48,767 nt of DNA from a virus (IMGVR_UViG_3300044259_000044:1-48767); one strand, 5' to 3'. Positions 1 through 9,863 are shown, counted from the first letter of the stretch. Numbers and translations: made by a program. The notes: generated by a model from the letters alone, not told the origin.

Positions 1-18
1 CCTTTCTTGTTCGGGTCT

Positions 19-144
19 GCGGCCTGGCCGAAGACCCGAACAAGAAAGGAGCAGTAGCATGAGACATGTTTTAGTGCGCGGCGATGATGGCATATTCCGG
101 CCCAGCGCGATCGCCTTTACCGACGAGGAAGCGGACCTGCGGGA
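19..144. repeat. Terminal overlap, identical to 48642-48767 (circular or circularly permuted assembly)
   Basis: 126-bp exact direct repeat at both ends of the window. Confidence 0.95.
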
Positions 145-322
145 TCGGTTTGCGTTGGAAATCGTGCGCAGCGACATGAGCAAGAACGGCTGGCCGCTCA
201 ACGACGATTACGACAACTACGCGAATCACGTGTACGCGCTGACCGATGCGTTGCTCAAGGCGCGTTTGCGCGGCACCGTCGCAGACCCATCCTTGCCATC
301 TTCGGAGCCAACGCACGTATGA
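59..322 (+). CDS. Hypothetical early phage protein
   Basis: AAGGAG SD; LRDRFA...ALTDALLKAR motif common in small phage proteins; coupled to next ORF. Confidence 0.8.
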   Translation: MRHVLVRGDDGIFRPSAIAFTDEEADLRDRFALEIVRSDMSKNGWPLNDDYDNYANHVYALTDALLKARLRGTVADPSLPSSEPTHV

Positions 323-576
323 GCCGCCAAGACATCACCGGTAGCCAGATAGTCGAGGCGATCCGCACGCATTGCGGCGTGTCGCTGCAGGAGGCCGGCG
401 CAGCGTTGCGCGCCTACACCGCGCCCAAACAGGACGATCGCGCCGCATTCCGTGACCGCGCGTTCCTGGCCGCCATCACGGGTTTGTGCGCCGCGCCGGA
501 CCGCCCGCGCGAAGTCGCCGAAGAAGCCCTGCGCATTGCCGTGCAGGCCACCACACTGAGGGAGTCATTCAAGTGA
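319..576 (+). CDS. Hypothetical protein
   Basis: ATGA overlap with previous gene; FRDRAFLAAITGLCA resembles the motif of the upstream ORF. Confidence 0.75.
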   Translation: MSRQDITGSQIVEAIRTHCGVSLQEAGAALRAYTAPKQDDRAAFRDRAFLAAITGLCAAPDRPREVAEEALRIAVQATTLRESFK

Positions 577-803
577 AGATCACACAGAGCCGTAACGAAC
601 GGGAAGGTTTCTACGCCGGTTTTTGTCGCGGGCACGTTCGGGGGCCTTGGCGCAGTTTGCCGGATTCCGAACGCGCAAGATCTCGGCGCGTCGTGCGTGC
701 GTTTGCCAACGTGTTGCGCACTGACGCCAGCAAACTTAGCGTTGCGGGGACGATGTTCAGTCCCGCACATAATATTCGCGCAATCCTACAGGCAATTGAC
801 TAA
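573..803 (+). CDS. Hypothetical protein (GTG start)
   Basis: GGGAG SD and GTGA overlap; fills the operon. Confidence 0.6.
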   Translation: MKITQSRNEREGFYAGFCRGHVRGPWRSLPDSERARSRRVVRAFANVLRTDASKLSVAGTMFSPAHNIRAILQAID

Positions 804-1057
804 TGAAACCCGACAACCGCCTGACCTATGACGAATTGAGCGCAGTGGCCCGCGCGTTGACATTGGAGCTTGAAATGCTACGACCCAAGTACGAACGCGC
901 AAAACTGCTTGCCGCTTTTCCTCGACTCTCCGGCAGCCTTGATGCGTTTGATGAACTGCCGCATTTGGCGCAACAACTGCACAGCGGGGAATCGGCGGCG
1001 CGCAAAATATTGCTCGAAATGCAATATCACAAAGACCGACCGAGAGGACGAATCTGA
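803..1057 (+). CDS. Hypothetical protein
   Basis: TAATG coupling with previous ORF. Confidence 0.7.
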   Translation: MKPDNRLTYDELSAVARALTLELEMLRPKYERAKLLAAFPRLSGSLDAFDELPHLAQQLHSGESAARKILLEMQYHKDRPRGRI

Positions 1058-1058
1058 A

Positions 1059-1484
1059 ATGAACACCTACGAAATCACCGTTGCCCACAACCGCTACAAC
1101 CACCCGCCCGTGCAGCACAAAGCGAAAGACGAGAACGCGGCGCGCGCTTGGGCCGCTGCGCATGCGCCTGCCGGCTCGCTCGTATTCGTACGGCTGGTCG
1201 TCGCCGCACCAGGTCCGCGCGTCACCATCGAGGGCAAACCCGACGACAATTACACGGTCGAGGAAGCAAGCCGCTTCCTGACGTGCCACCAGCCCGTGCC
1301 GGTCGCGCTACTGGGCAAGCTGGGCCGCGATTGCTCCATGGTCTGCCGCATCCGTGGAGCAGCCTGGACCGAGCGCCCGACGCCGACCAAGCAATGGCTG
1401 AAGGAACGCGCCTATCCGTTTGCTATCATCCGCGAAGTGTTCGAGCTCAATCCGGACACGGCGCCTTACATTCCGAAGGGTTGA
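1059..1484 (+). CDS. Hypothetical protein
   Basis: GAGGA SD before ATG 1059; contiguous operon. Confidence 0.75.
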   Translation: MNTYEITVAHNRYNHPPVQHKAKDENAARAWAAAHAPAGSLVFVRLVVAAPGPRVTIEGKPDDNYTVEEASRFLTCHQPVPVALLGKLGRDCSMVCRIRGAAWTERPTPTKQWLKERAYPFAIIREVFELNPDTAPYIPKG

Positions 1485-1486
1485 CT

Positions 1487-1708
1487 GTGGAGCTGGACTA
1501 CACCGACAAAGTGAGCAAGCTGCGCGACGCTTTGCAGCGCATGAAAGATGCGCCCGAAGGCCCGATGCAGCGCGCGTTTAAAGAACGCGCACTGGACGGG
1601 ATGAGCGACCCCAAGGAATGGGCAGATGGTTTGGTGCCCGTGATCTGGTACGGCTTCTTGCGTTTTGAAGAAGGTTGGATGGCCGGTTTTGACTGGGCTT
1701 CGACATGA
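1487..1708 (+). CDS. Hypothetical protein (GTG start)
   Basis: GAAGGG SD; contiguous operon. Confidence 0.65.
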   Translation: MELDYTDKVSKLRDALQRMKDAPEGPMQRAFKERALDGMSDPKEWADGLVPVIWYGFLRFEEGWMAGFDWAST

Positions 1709-1744
1709 CAACCGCAATGCTGAACTGACAAGGAGAACGAAGAT

Positions 1745-2146
1745 ATGGACATCACCGTAGCGATCCGCCTAGCGGACGAATGGCGCAAGACCGACGCCTG
1801 CAGCACGTCGGCGAAAGTGGCTGTCGCGCTGTTGAACGAGTTGGAACGTGTGCAGGACGTGAACACGTCCGCCGAACGTGTGCAAGAACCGTTCAAAATT
1901 CACCACTACGAGGCGTTCACCGAAGCGGTTCGGCAAGTCAAAGCTGTGAGCGCCGAACTGCAAGAGTCGTTCCGGCGCGAACGTGAAAGCCGCGCACTCG
2001 CCCAGGCGCAAAGCAAGGTCAACGACGACATGCTGGCCGCACAGCGTAACTTGCTGCTACGCGAGGACGGCTATCCGAACGCGCCGACCGTTGTCGCCGA
2101 TGGCTGCGCCGCTCAACGCATGCACGTCTACAACGTCAAGCCGTGA
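1745..2146 (+). CDS. Hypothetical coiled-coil protein
   Basis: AAGGAG SD; helical composition. Confidence 0.75.
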   Translation: MDITVAIRLADEWRKTDACSTSAKVAVALLNELERVQDVNTSAERVQEPFKIHHYEAFTEAVRQVKAVSAELQESFRRERESRALAQAQSKVNDDMLAAQRNLLLREDGYPNAPTVVADGCAAQRMHVYNVKP

Positions 2147-2379
2147 CACCCGAGCGCTGCCCGATCACGGGCAAGATCATCCACATCACGCGCGCCTCAG
2201 CCGAGGCGCGCATTGCGGCCATCAACAAGAACAAGCAAACCCGCGACTATCGCGGGGACTGCGGGCCGGGCAAGCTGCAAGCCTACAAATGCAAGTTTTG
2301 CAACCATTTCCACATAGGCCACCTGCAAGCAAAGCGTACAAAACGTGATAAAATACGCTTTGATCCAATTTACGAATAA
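2143..2379 (+). CDS. Small Zn-binding protein
   Basis: YKCKFCNHFHIGH motif; GTGA overlap. Confidence 0.7.
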   Translation: MTPERCPITGKIIHITRASAEARIAAINKNKQTRDYRGDCGPGKLQAYKCKFCNHFHIGHLQAKRTKRDKIRFDPIYE

Positions 2380-2386
2380 CTAAACT

Positions 2387-4231
2387 ATGCCTAGACTTGT
2401 CCCGCGCTGGTATCAGGCCGAGTGCGTTGATGCCGTCATCGATTCCATCCAAGCCGCCGCGAACGTCAACCCGCTGGCCGCCGTCATCACCGGCGGCGGC
2501 AAGGCGCTGATCAACGCCATCCTGATCGAACGCCTGCTGCAGCTGTACCCGCAGGCCCGCATCATGTCGCTGGCCCCCTCCATGGAACTGGTCAAGCAGA
2601 ACGCCGACGAAGCCGCCGGGTATTGGCCACCGGCCATCGTGTCGCGCCTGGGCGTCTATTGCGCGGGACTGAACATGAAGGACCGGCTGTCACAGGTCAT
2701 CATCGGTTCGCCGCAGTCGGTGACGCGCCAAGTCAAACGCTTCGGCCCGGTCGATTTCGTCATCATTGATGAAGCCCACACGTTCAACATCGACATGAAG
2801 ACGGCGGCGGCCATCGTGAAGGGCTTCCAAGAGGCCAACCCGAAGGTGCGATTCATCGGCTTGACGGCCACGCCCTTCATGATGAAGGGTTTGAAGGTCG
2901 TTCCGCTGGTGCAGTGCGGGTTGTTCACGTCGCAGGTGTACGACCTGACCAGCGGGCGCAACTTCAACCGGCTGGTGCGGGAAGGCTTCATTTCGCCCAT
3001 CGTTGCGCCGTCAATTCGGTTCCCGCAGGTGGACACCGAGAACGTGAAAACCAAGGGTGGCGACTTCGATGAGGCCGCGTTGGCGCAAGAGGCCATGAAG
3101 GTCACGCGCGAGTGCGTCTCGGTCGCGCTGGAGAACGCCCCCGACCGCAAACACTTCATGTGGTTTGCGGTGAACATCGAGCATGCGCGCATGATCCACA
3201 ATGCGCTGCTGGAGTCCGGCGAGTCGGCCGTCATCATCCACGGCGAACTGGAAAAGGGCGAGCGTGTCGCCGGGGTCGAAGAGTACCTGGCCAAGAAGCA
3301 CCGCCATATCGTGTCGGTGGCCATGCTGACAACCGGCTTTAATGCCAAGTTCGTGGACTGTCTGGTCGTACTGCGCCCGACCCGCTCGCTCGTGCTGTGG
3401 CGCCAAATCGTCGGCCGGGGCCTGCGCCCGTATCCTGGCAAGGACAACTGTCTCGTGCTGGACGCTGGCGGCAACTTCGTGCGGCACGGCCCGATCAATG
3501 CCGAGATCACCATGGGCGACTCGCGCGCCGGGCTGTGGGAATGCACCGACCAGGTCGTGCAGTCGCCTTACGCGGCCCGCGATGAGAACGGCATGCCGTT
3601 AACCACGGCCGCGCGCGAACGGTCCGGCATTCGCTTTCCGGTCAACAGCGTGGCGCCCGAGGCCGACATGCGCGTGTCGTTGGGCCTGATGGAGAAAGAC
3701 GCGCCGGCCTGTGGCTATCTGAACGATGCCGAACATTTGCTGTGCCGTCAGTGCGGCCGGCCTCGTCAAGGCTTCCTGGCGTTGCGTCAACGCCGTGAAG
3801 TCGGCCCGCGCGGCATCGGCGACGGTGACACTTATGAGATCCACGACGAGGAAAGCGTGGTGTTGCGCGACGAAGCGTGCCGCGAAACCCGGACGCTGGA
3901 AGTGCGCGGCATGTCCATTGGCGCGTCGGGCAATAGCGTATTGGATTTCCAGTACGAGACCGATTTTGGCAACTACGGCTTGCGCCTGGACTTCGACCGC
4001 ACGACCGCCGACAACAAGTTCTTCGCGCAGGCCCGCCGCTATTACGAAATTGCCACCGGCAAGAAACTGCCATCCGAAGCGTATCGTGTGTTGTTGACGC
4101 GCGAAACACTGCCGGTGCCACGCAGTTTGACGTTGACCAAATACGAAGATAATCGTATATTCTTAACTCAAATCGATTTCATTCGCGATGAACAGTTGTT
4201 TAGTTTTAAGTATGACCCACAATACAAATAG
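2387..4231 (+). CDS. Superfamily 2 DNA helicase (RadD/UvsW-like) with C-terminal Zn finger
   Basis: TGGGKA Walker A, IIDEAH, GLTATP, LTTGFNA, QIVGRGLR motifs. Confidence 0.92.
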   Translation: MPRLVPRWYQAECVDAVIDSIQAAANVNPLAAVITGGGKALINAILIERLLQLYPQARIMSLAPSMELVKQNADEAAGYWPPAIVSRLGVYCAGLNMKDRLSQVIIGSPQSVTRQVKRFGPVDFVIIDEAHTFNIDMKTAAAIVKGFQEANPKVRFIGLTATPFMMKGLKVVPLVQCGLFTSQVYDLTSGRNFNRLVREGFISPIVAPSIRFPQVDTENVKTKGGDFDEAALAQEAMKVTRECVSVALENAPDRKHFMWFAVNIEHARMIHNALLESGESAVIIHGELEKGERVAGVEEYLAKKHRHIVSVAMLTTGFNAKFVDCLVVLRPTRSLVLWRQIVGRGLRPYPGKDNCLVLDAGGNFVRHGPINAEITMGDSRAGLWECTDQVVQSPYAARDENGMPLTTAARERSGIRFPVNSVAPEADMRVSLGLMEKDAPACGYLNDAEHLLCRQCGRPRQGFLALRQRREVGPRGIGDGDTYEIHDEESVVLRDEACRETRTLEVRGMSIGASGNSVLDFQYETDFGNYGLRLDFDRTTADNKFFAQARRYYEIATGKKLPSEAYRVLLTRETLPVPRSLTLTKYEDNRIFLTQIDFIRDEQLFSFKYDPQYK

Positions 4232-4243
4232 GAGGGCTGCATC

Positions 4244-4429
4244 ATGTACATACCCAAGAAACGTGACGAAGCTATGTTCTTAGATTCGGACTGGTACTTT
4301 ACGGGCAAACCTTGTCGTAAAGGTCACGTTGCGCCACGCGTTACTGCCACGACGCGTTGCAAAGGCTGCATAAACCTTGCAACCGCACGACTTCGCAAGA
4401 CTAACGGTTTTGTGCCTTTATTGAAATAG
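4244..4429 (+). CDS. Small Zn-binding protein resembling the N-terminal domain of phage HNH endonucleases
   Basis: YFTGKPCRKGH...CKGC motif; AGGAGG SD; AT-richer than flanks. Confidence 0.65.
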   Translation: MYIPKKRDEAMFLDSDWYFTGKPCRKGHVAPRVTATTRCKGCINLATARLRKTNGFVPLLK

Positions 4430-4441
4430 GAGGGCTGTATC

Positions 4442-4654
4442 ATGTTCGATCTCAAAGGCCTGTTGTTCTGGCTGCGCCAATGCGCGTTGTTGGCCCTGCT
4501 TGTGGCGTCGTGTGCGGCGTTCGGCGTGTTGGCGTTCCTGTTCATGTACGCCACTGACGACACGCTTTCCGTGATGCTGTGGCTGGCGATGCTTTGCCCG
4601 GGGTTTGGCGTCATGGAGTCGGCGCGGCTGCTGGTGAAAGGTCATCGTAAATGA
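4442..4654 (+). CDS. Small membrane protein (2 TM)
   Basis: AGGAGG SD; two hydrophobic segments. Confidence 0.7.
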   Translation: MFDLKGLLFWLRQCALLALLVASCAAFGVLAFLFMYATDDTLSVMLWLAMLCPGFGVMESARLLVKGHRK

Positions 4655-5379
4655 ATCACGTTTTACTGCAGGGCGATTGCCTGGAAATGATGCAGCTGTT
4701 GCCAGATAACAGTATCGATATGATTTTGTGCGATTTGCCGTATGGGACGACGCGCAATAAATGGGATTCAACCATTGACCTTTCCGCACTGTGGGCGGAG
4801 TACAGGCGTATCTGCAACGGCGCAATTGTCCTGACCGCGCAGACCCCTTTCGATAAGGTGTTGGGCGCGTCGAACATCGGCATGTTGCGGTATGAGTGGA
4901 TTTGGCAAAAGACGAAGGCCACCGGCCACTTGAACGCCAATCTTCAGCCGATGAAGAACCACGAAAACGTGCTGGTGTTCTACAAAGATTTTCCGACATA
5001 CAACCCGCAAGGGCTTGTACGAAAGGCCGTGCCGACCATCCGAAAGGGCGGCAACAACGGCACGAATTACGGGAAGTCGGATAAGGACGCCATCCAGGAA
5101 TTCGAGAACTACCCGCGTTCAATCCTGCATATCCCCAGCGAAGGGAAAACCGTCCACCCCACGCAAAAGCCCGTTGCCCTGATGGAATACCTGATTCGCA
5201 CCTACACAAACCCCGGCGACAACGTCTTGGACAACTGCATGGGCAGCGGGACAACCGGCGTCGCCTGCGCGCAATCCGGCCGCACGTTTGTCGGCATCGA
5301 GCGCGACCCCGACTATTTCAAAATAGCTAAAGAACGGGTAGAATCCGCGTACAAACAAGCTAAAGAACCCACAACATGA
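4651..5379 (+). CDS. DNA N6-adenine/N4-cytosine methyltransferase (beta class)
   Basis: GDCLE, CDLPYG (DPPY-like), HPTQKP, VLDNCMGSGTTG motifs. Confidence 0.92.
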   Translation: MNHVLLQGDCLEMMQLLPDNSIDMILCDLPYGTTRNKWDSTIDLSALWAEYRRICNGAIVLTAQTPFDKVLGASNIGMLRYEWIWQKTKATGHLNANLQPMKNHENVLVFYKDFPTYNPQGLVRKAVPTIRKGGNNGTNYGKSDKDAIQEFENYPRSILHIPSEGKTVHPTQKPVALMEYLIRTYTNPGDNVLDNCMGSGTTGVACAQSGRTFVGIERDPDYFKIAKERVESAYKQAKEPTT

Positions 5380-7352
5380 ACGAATTAGAAAACGCTGTCG
5401 CGCTGGACTTCGAAACGGCCAGCAAATGCGACCTGGGCGCGGCTGGCCTGGGCCGCTATTTGGCAGACCCGACCACGCGCCCGACCTGTCTGACATTCCG
5501 CCTGCCGGGCATGAGCAGCACGGACTTGTGGGAATTCGGCAAGCCGTTCCCGATGCAGATCGGCCACGCAATCGAACGCGGCGCGCACTTCTGGGCGCAC
5601 CATGCGCCGTTCGATTACCACATCTGGAATGAGGTGCTGCGCGCCTTCGTGCCCGATCTGCCGCGCGTGCGCATTGAACAGGTACGCTGCAGCGCCGCCC
5701 GCGCACGCTACAACGGCCTGCCGGGCTCCCTGGCTGGCGCGTGCGATGCGTTGGGCCTGCCGCTCCGCAAGGACACCGAGGGCGGCAAGATCATGCTGCA
5801 GATCGCCGCGCACCCCGAATGGACGCCGCAAACCCATCCGGCCGAGTTCGCCCGTATGTACGACTACGCTATTACTGACACGGACGCGATGATCGGCCTG
5901 ATCAGCGCGACCGTGCCGCTGCCGCCGCGCGAACAGGCATTCTTCGAACTGGACATGCGGATCAACGAACGCGGGTTTGGTTGCGACGTACAGGCCGCGC
6001 AGGCCATGGAAGAACTGAAGGAGTTGGCGCAAGCCCAGCTGGACTACCAGATCACGCTGCTGACCAAGGGCGGCATTCTGGCGGTCACCGAAGTGGCCAA
6101 GATCAAGGAATTCGCCACCAACTTTGATCAGGAACTGGACGACGCCAGCCGCGAAACGCTCAAGACCGTAGCAGCACGCGCAGACCTGCCGGAAGACTTG
6201 CGCCAGGTGCTGCAACTGCGCCTGGACGCCTCGCGCGCGCCGAAGAAGTCGGCGGCCATTGTGCGCGCGCACGTGGGCGGCCGGCTGCAGCACAGCACCA
6301 TGTATCACGGCGCGCTGTCGGGCCGCTCCACGGCGCGCGGCGCCGGTGGTGCGCAAACCTTGAACTATGCCCGTCCGCGCCGCGAAATGGACGCCGACGA
6401 ATGCCAGGCGATGATCGACGCCATCAAGCGCAAGGACATCGCGTTTCTGTCCTCGCCCGAGCGCGGCCCGTTGCTGGCTGCGCTGGCCGATTCACAGCGC
6501 TCGCTGCACTGCGCGACCTGGCCCGACCATGTGCTGGTCGATGCGGACTTGTCGCAAATTGAAGCCCGTATGGCCCCATGGTTGGCAGACGATGAGAAGA
6601 GCATGGTCGCTTACGAACAAGGCCGCGACCTGTACAAGATCACCGCATCGATCATGTTTGGCGTGCCTTACGAAGAGGTCACCAAGCATCAAAGGCAGGT
6701 AGCGAAAGTTGCGCGGCTCGCCATGGTGTACGGCGGGGGTGCCGGGGCGTTCAACAGTATGGCCGCGAATTACGGCGTGCATCTGCCGCCCGAAGAGGTT
6801 GACCAGATCGTGTTCAGTTTCCGCGCGGGTGAGCCTGAGCTTGAACGCTGGTGGTCCAATCTGGAATATGCGGTGCTGATCGCACTGGACCCGATGCAGC
6901 ACGGTCGCCCAGTGGACGTGCCGATTGGGCGCGGCTTCTGCTCCAAAGTCTCGTTCATCAAGGACGGCCCGGCCCTGCGCATGGTCTTGCCATCTGGCCG
7001 CGCGATCAGCTACCACAATGCGCGCCTGCACCTGGAGGCTGGCGCGTCGGTGCCCACGGCCATCTACGACAAGCCTGAGGGGTACATCGAGACACTGGAC
7101 CGCAAGATCCTGTCCAACAACATGACGCAGGGCTTGGCCCGCGATCACTTTTGGGAAGTCATGCTGGACGTTGACCGCGCCGAGGCCATCGTGCATCACA
7201 TTTACGACCAGGTCATTCTGGAAGTCCCGGCCGAGCGCGCCGAACTGCGCCTGCAGCAGCTGATTGAGCGCATGCGTGTCGTGCCGCGCTGGGCGCCGGG
7301 TTTGCCGTTGGACGCATCTGGGTACTTTAACCGCTTGTGGATGAAAGACTGA
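5376..7352 (+). CDS. Family A DNA polymerase with 3'-5' exonuclease
   Basis: LDFET exo I; DLSQIEAR motif A; RQVAKVARLAMVYG motif B; HIYDQ motif C. Confidence 0.92.
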   Translation: MNELENAVALDFETASKCDLGAAGLGRYLADPTTRPTCLTFRLPGMSSTDLWEFGKPFPMQIGHAIERGAHFWAHHAPFDYHIWNEVLRAFVPDLPRVRIEQVRCSAARARYNGLPGSLAGACDALGLPLRKDTEGGKIMLQIAAHPEWTPQTHPAEFARMYDYAITDTDAMIGLISATVPLPPREQAFFELDMRINERGFGCDVQAAQAMEELKELAQAQLDYQITLLTKGGILAVTEVAKIKEFATNFDQELDDASRETLKTVAARADLPEDLRQVLQLRLDASRAPKKSAAIVRAHVGGRLQHSTMYHGALSGRSTARGAGGAQTLNYARPRREMDADECQAMIDAIKRKDIAFLSSPERGPLLAALADSQRSLHCATWPDHVLVDADLSQIEARMAPWLADDEKSMVAYEQGRDLYKITASIMFGVPYEEVTKHQRQVAKVARLAMVYGGGAGAFNSMAANYGVHLPPEEVDQIVFSFRAGEPELERWWSNLEYAVLIALDPMQHGRPVDVPIGRGFCSKVSFIKDGPALRMVLPSGRAISYHNARLHLEAGASVPTAIYDKPEGYIETLDRKILSNNMTQGLARDHFWEVMLDVDRAEAIVHHIYDQVILEVPAERAELRLQQLIERMRVVPRWAPGLPLDASGYFNRLWMKD

Positions 7353-7373
7353 TGAAGATTGGGGGAGGGTGCA

Positions 7374-7646
7374 ATGCAAGTCGAAAAGTTCCAATGGGAT
7401 TTGGGGACCGAGCCGCGCGGCTGGCACGAACAGGACCGCATCGTACTGTCGCACGGCGCGTTGCCGGGCTTCTACAGCATCGTGCGCACGCCCGTGTTGA
7501 CGCACGCGCTGGAATCGCTCTACGACGACGCGCCGCCAGTGTTCGCGGTCAACTTCCACGTCGAGGCGCGCGTGCGCGTGCTGCACTGGTTGCGAAAGTT
7601 TGCAAATCCCGAAGATTACGCTACAATAAGCAAACAAATCACTTAA
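7374..7646 (+). CDS. Hypothetical protein
   Basis: GGAGG SD before ATG 7374. Confidence 0.65.
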   Translation: MQVEKFQWDLGTEPRGWHEQDRIVLSHGALPGFYSIVRTPVLTHALESLYDDAPPVFAVNFHVEARVRVLHWLRKFANPEDYATISKQIT

Positions 7647-7659
7647 AAGGAGTTTAGAA

Positions 7660-8163
7660 ATGTCTGACAAAAGCGTAGCCTTGCAGGAATTCACGGCGCA
7701 TGCGGTGACCGTGCAGTCGTTCGAACGCGTAGCGCAGCAGGCGCCCGGCTGGGCCGGGTTGGACGTGGTGCAGCGCCAGGCCGTGAATGTCGCGCTGGAC
7801 GCGATTGCCCGCGTGCTGCACGGCGACGCGCAGAACGCCGGCGTGTGGGCGTGCGGTGCCACGGCGCTGTCGCTGGCCGGCGAGTTCGTCACGGTCACGC
7901 CTGCTGAGGACATCACGCCGCCGATGAGTCCCGAAGAGGCGCAACGTTGCCGGGAAATTGCGGCAGAATACGATGCGCGGCCCAAAGCCGACGCAGACGG
8001 CTGGATCGAATGGCACGGCGGCGAATGCCCTGTTTCGGCGGAAACCGACGTGGAAGTTCGTTTTCGCAAAGGCGGGGCGTCGGTAATGGCATGGGCAAAA
8101 GCGTGGGACTGGGCGCACACAGAAACAGGCGGCGGCATCATCGCCTATCGGGTGGTCGAATGA
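7660..8163 (+). CDS. Hypothetical protein with C-terminal DGWIEW.GGECPV...IIAYRV phage domain
   Basis: AAGGAG SD; upstream TTGCAA-16-TACAAT promoter-like site. Confidence 0.8.
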   Translation: MSDKSVALQEFTAHAVTVQSFERVAQQAPGWAGLDVVQRQAVNVALDAIARVLHGDAQNAGVWACGATALSLAGEFVTVTPAEDITPPMSPEEAQRCREIAAEYDARPKADADGWIEWHGGECPVSAETDVEVRFRKGGASVMAWAKAWDWAHTETGGGIIAYRVVE

Positions 8164-8555
8164 ACGTCGGCCCGACCAACTCGGCGCAGGCTGAAAGCAT
8201 TCGGTGCGACATCGAACTTTGGCAAATTAACGCAGACCAAGCGCGCAAAGAACTACGCGACGCCAAGCGCGCCTTGGCACGCCTGCACAAAGAACTGGCC
8301 GACCTGGCCGTGGCCGAGCGCCGCGACAACCTGCACGCGCGGCTGGTCGAATCGTACCCGGGCGGCATCCGCGTGGACAGCGACGCTCTGCTGACCGATT
8401 ACGTCAAGCTGGCCCAACTGCGCGTCGGCAGTTTTGAGACGATGCGCCAGGACCTGCTGGCCTTGGTCGCGGCCGGTCGCGCCTGGCGCCGTGCAATCGC
8501 CGCATCGCCCAAACCCGGCCGCGTCTTCGTGTACGGCCCGGTCGTTGCGAAATGA
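8160..8555 (+). CDS. Hypothetical coiled-coil protein
   Basis: ATGA overlap with previous gene. Confidence 0.65.
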   Translation: MNVGPTNSAQAESIRCDIELWQINADQARKELRDAKRALARLHKELADLAVAERRDNLHARLVESYPGGIRVDSDALLTDYVKLAQLRVGSFETMRQDLLALVAAGRAWRRAIAASPKPGRVFVYGPVVAK

Positions 8556-8568
8556 CGTTTTGATGTAC

Positions 8569-8597
8569 TTGACGCGGATTGACAACGCATTTACACT
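8569..8597 (+). promoter_or_regulatory. Sigma70-like promoter
   Basis: TTGACG-17-TACACT. Confidence 0.65.
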
Positions 8598-8624
8598 GAG
8601 GACATATTCAACTTAGGAGTCCAA

Positions 8625-8885
8625 ATGTCCACCCAAACCGATTACATGACCGCGCCGCTGGAGACCCTGTCGATCCGTGACCTGACCGACGCCATCGGCA
8701 TCGCCGAGTCGGCCATCCTGCTGAAGACCACGCCGCGCGCGATCTACACCCAGCGCAACACCGGCAAAATCAGCGTGGAGCGCATGCAGCAACTGATCGC
8801 CCAAGTGCGCACCAACGAGGCGCACTATCGCGAGCGCCTGGCCATCAAGCGCAACATGCAGGCGGCCGCCGAAGCGGCAGCCTGA
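8625..8885 (+). CDS. Hypothetical protein, possibly HTH DNA-binding
   Basis: TAGGAG SD; helix-turn-helix-like pattern. Confidence 0.7.
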   Translation: MSTQTDYMTAPLETLSIRDLTDAIGIAESAILLKTTPRAIYTQRNTGKISVERMQQLIAQVRTNEAHYRERLAIKRNMQAAAEAAA

Positions 8886-8919
8886 CCGATTCACCAACCC
8901 ACTCACAAAGGACAAACCG

Positions 8920-9609
8920 ATGAAACTCATTTTCGACAGCGCGACCGAATACTTCGACTTCCTGGACATGCAGATGCAAGCGTTTGGCGGCGTGCGCCAG
9001 GTGCAAGGCCCAAACGCCGAACTGCCGACCACTGTCGTCAGCAAACTGGCGGTGGAAATTGACGGCAGCGAATTCGCGGCAAGCGTGCGCAAAGAATTGG
9101 GCATCGATCAGCCTGGCGATATCGACAACGTACAGACGCCTCCGGGCGATACCCCTGAGACTACCGTGCTGACCGCCGACAAGCCCAAGCGCACCCGCAA
9201 GCCGAAAGCTCCGGACGCCGCGATGGCCGAACAGCCACCCAAGGCTTGGCCGTTCCCGCGCCAGGGAGAATGGGCTGCACAACCGCAACAGTCCGAACAG
9301 CCCGCACCCGTGACGATCCAGTCGCCGACCGCCGAGCAGAAAGCCGAGTTCGCCGCCGATGCGGCCAAGCATGCGGGCCAAATCGACCCGGCCAAGCTGG
9401 CCGAGCGTGTCGCCGCCCTGGGCGTCGTGGACCCGGCCAAGCACCTGACCGCTGCGCGCATGTTCATTGCTCGCCACCTGCTGCCGGCCTATCATCAGGT
9501 GCAGCGTGACGCCGGCCTGCCCGATGACATCATTAGCTATACCGACGAGCAGCGCACGACCCACATGGCCGCGATGGAAGTGTTCAACGAAGCGCACCCC
9601 TCCGAGTAA
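8920..9609 (+). CDS. Hypothetical protein with Pro/Gln-rich linker
   Basis: CCCACTCACAAAGGA leader/SD; codon usage like core genes. Confidence 0.8.
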   Translation: MKLIFDSATEYFDFLDMQMQAFGGVRQVQGPNAELPTTVVSKLAVEIDGSEFAASVRKELGIDQPGDIDNVQTPPGDTPETTVLTADKPKRTRKPKAPDAAMAEQPPKAWPFPRQGEWAAQPQQSEQPAPVTIQSPTAEQKAEFAADAAKHAGQIDPAKLAERVAALGVVDPAKHLTAARMFIARHLLPAYHQVQRDAGLPDDIISYTDEQRTTHMAAMEVFNEAHPSE

Positions 9610-9614
9610 TCGTC

Positions 9615-9836
9615 ATGATTGAACTGGACTGTTTCGTTGAGATGATGCGCAACGACTTTGAGATTGGCGAGACGGACGACCCTTGCGTGTGGTATTTCAA
9701 ACACGTCCGACCACTGTCCGAAAGTCTGCAAATCATCACCGCGCACGCCGATCATAAGGGTCTGGACTTTGATTTGTTGGCCTGGAAATATGATCCGCAC
9801 GGCAACGTAGCAAAAGTGCGGTTCTATGAAGCGTAA
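9615..9836 (+). CDS. Hypothetical protein
   Basis: ORF ending directly before a terminator. Confidence 0.6.
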   Translation: MIELDCFVEMMRNDFEIGETDDPCVWYFKHVRPLSESLQIITAHADHKGLDFDLLAWKYDPHGNVAKVRFYEA

Positions 9837-9863
9837 ATAAAGCCCGGCGTTGCCGGGCTTTAT
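9837..9863. terminator. Intrinsic (bidirectional-type) terminator
   Basis: ATAAAGCCCGGC-GTT-GCCGGGCTTTAT. Confidence 0.85.

Noticed and set aside
1-49. Terminal hairpin (1-18 is the reverse complement of 32-49), suggestive of a covalently closed end
   Set aside because: The copy at 48642 has different, coding upstream sequence and no protelomerase is present; most likely a fold-back read artefact at the CGGCCTGGCCG palindrome.
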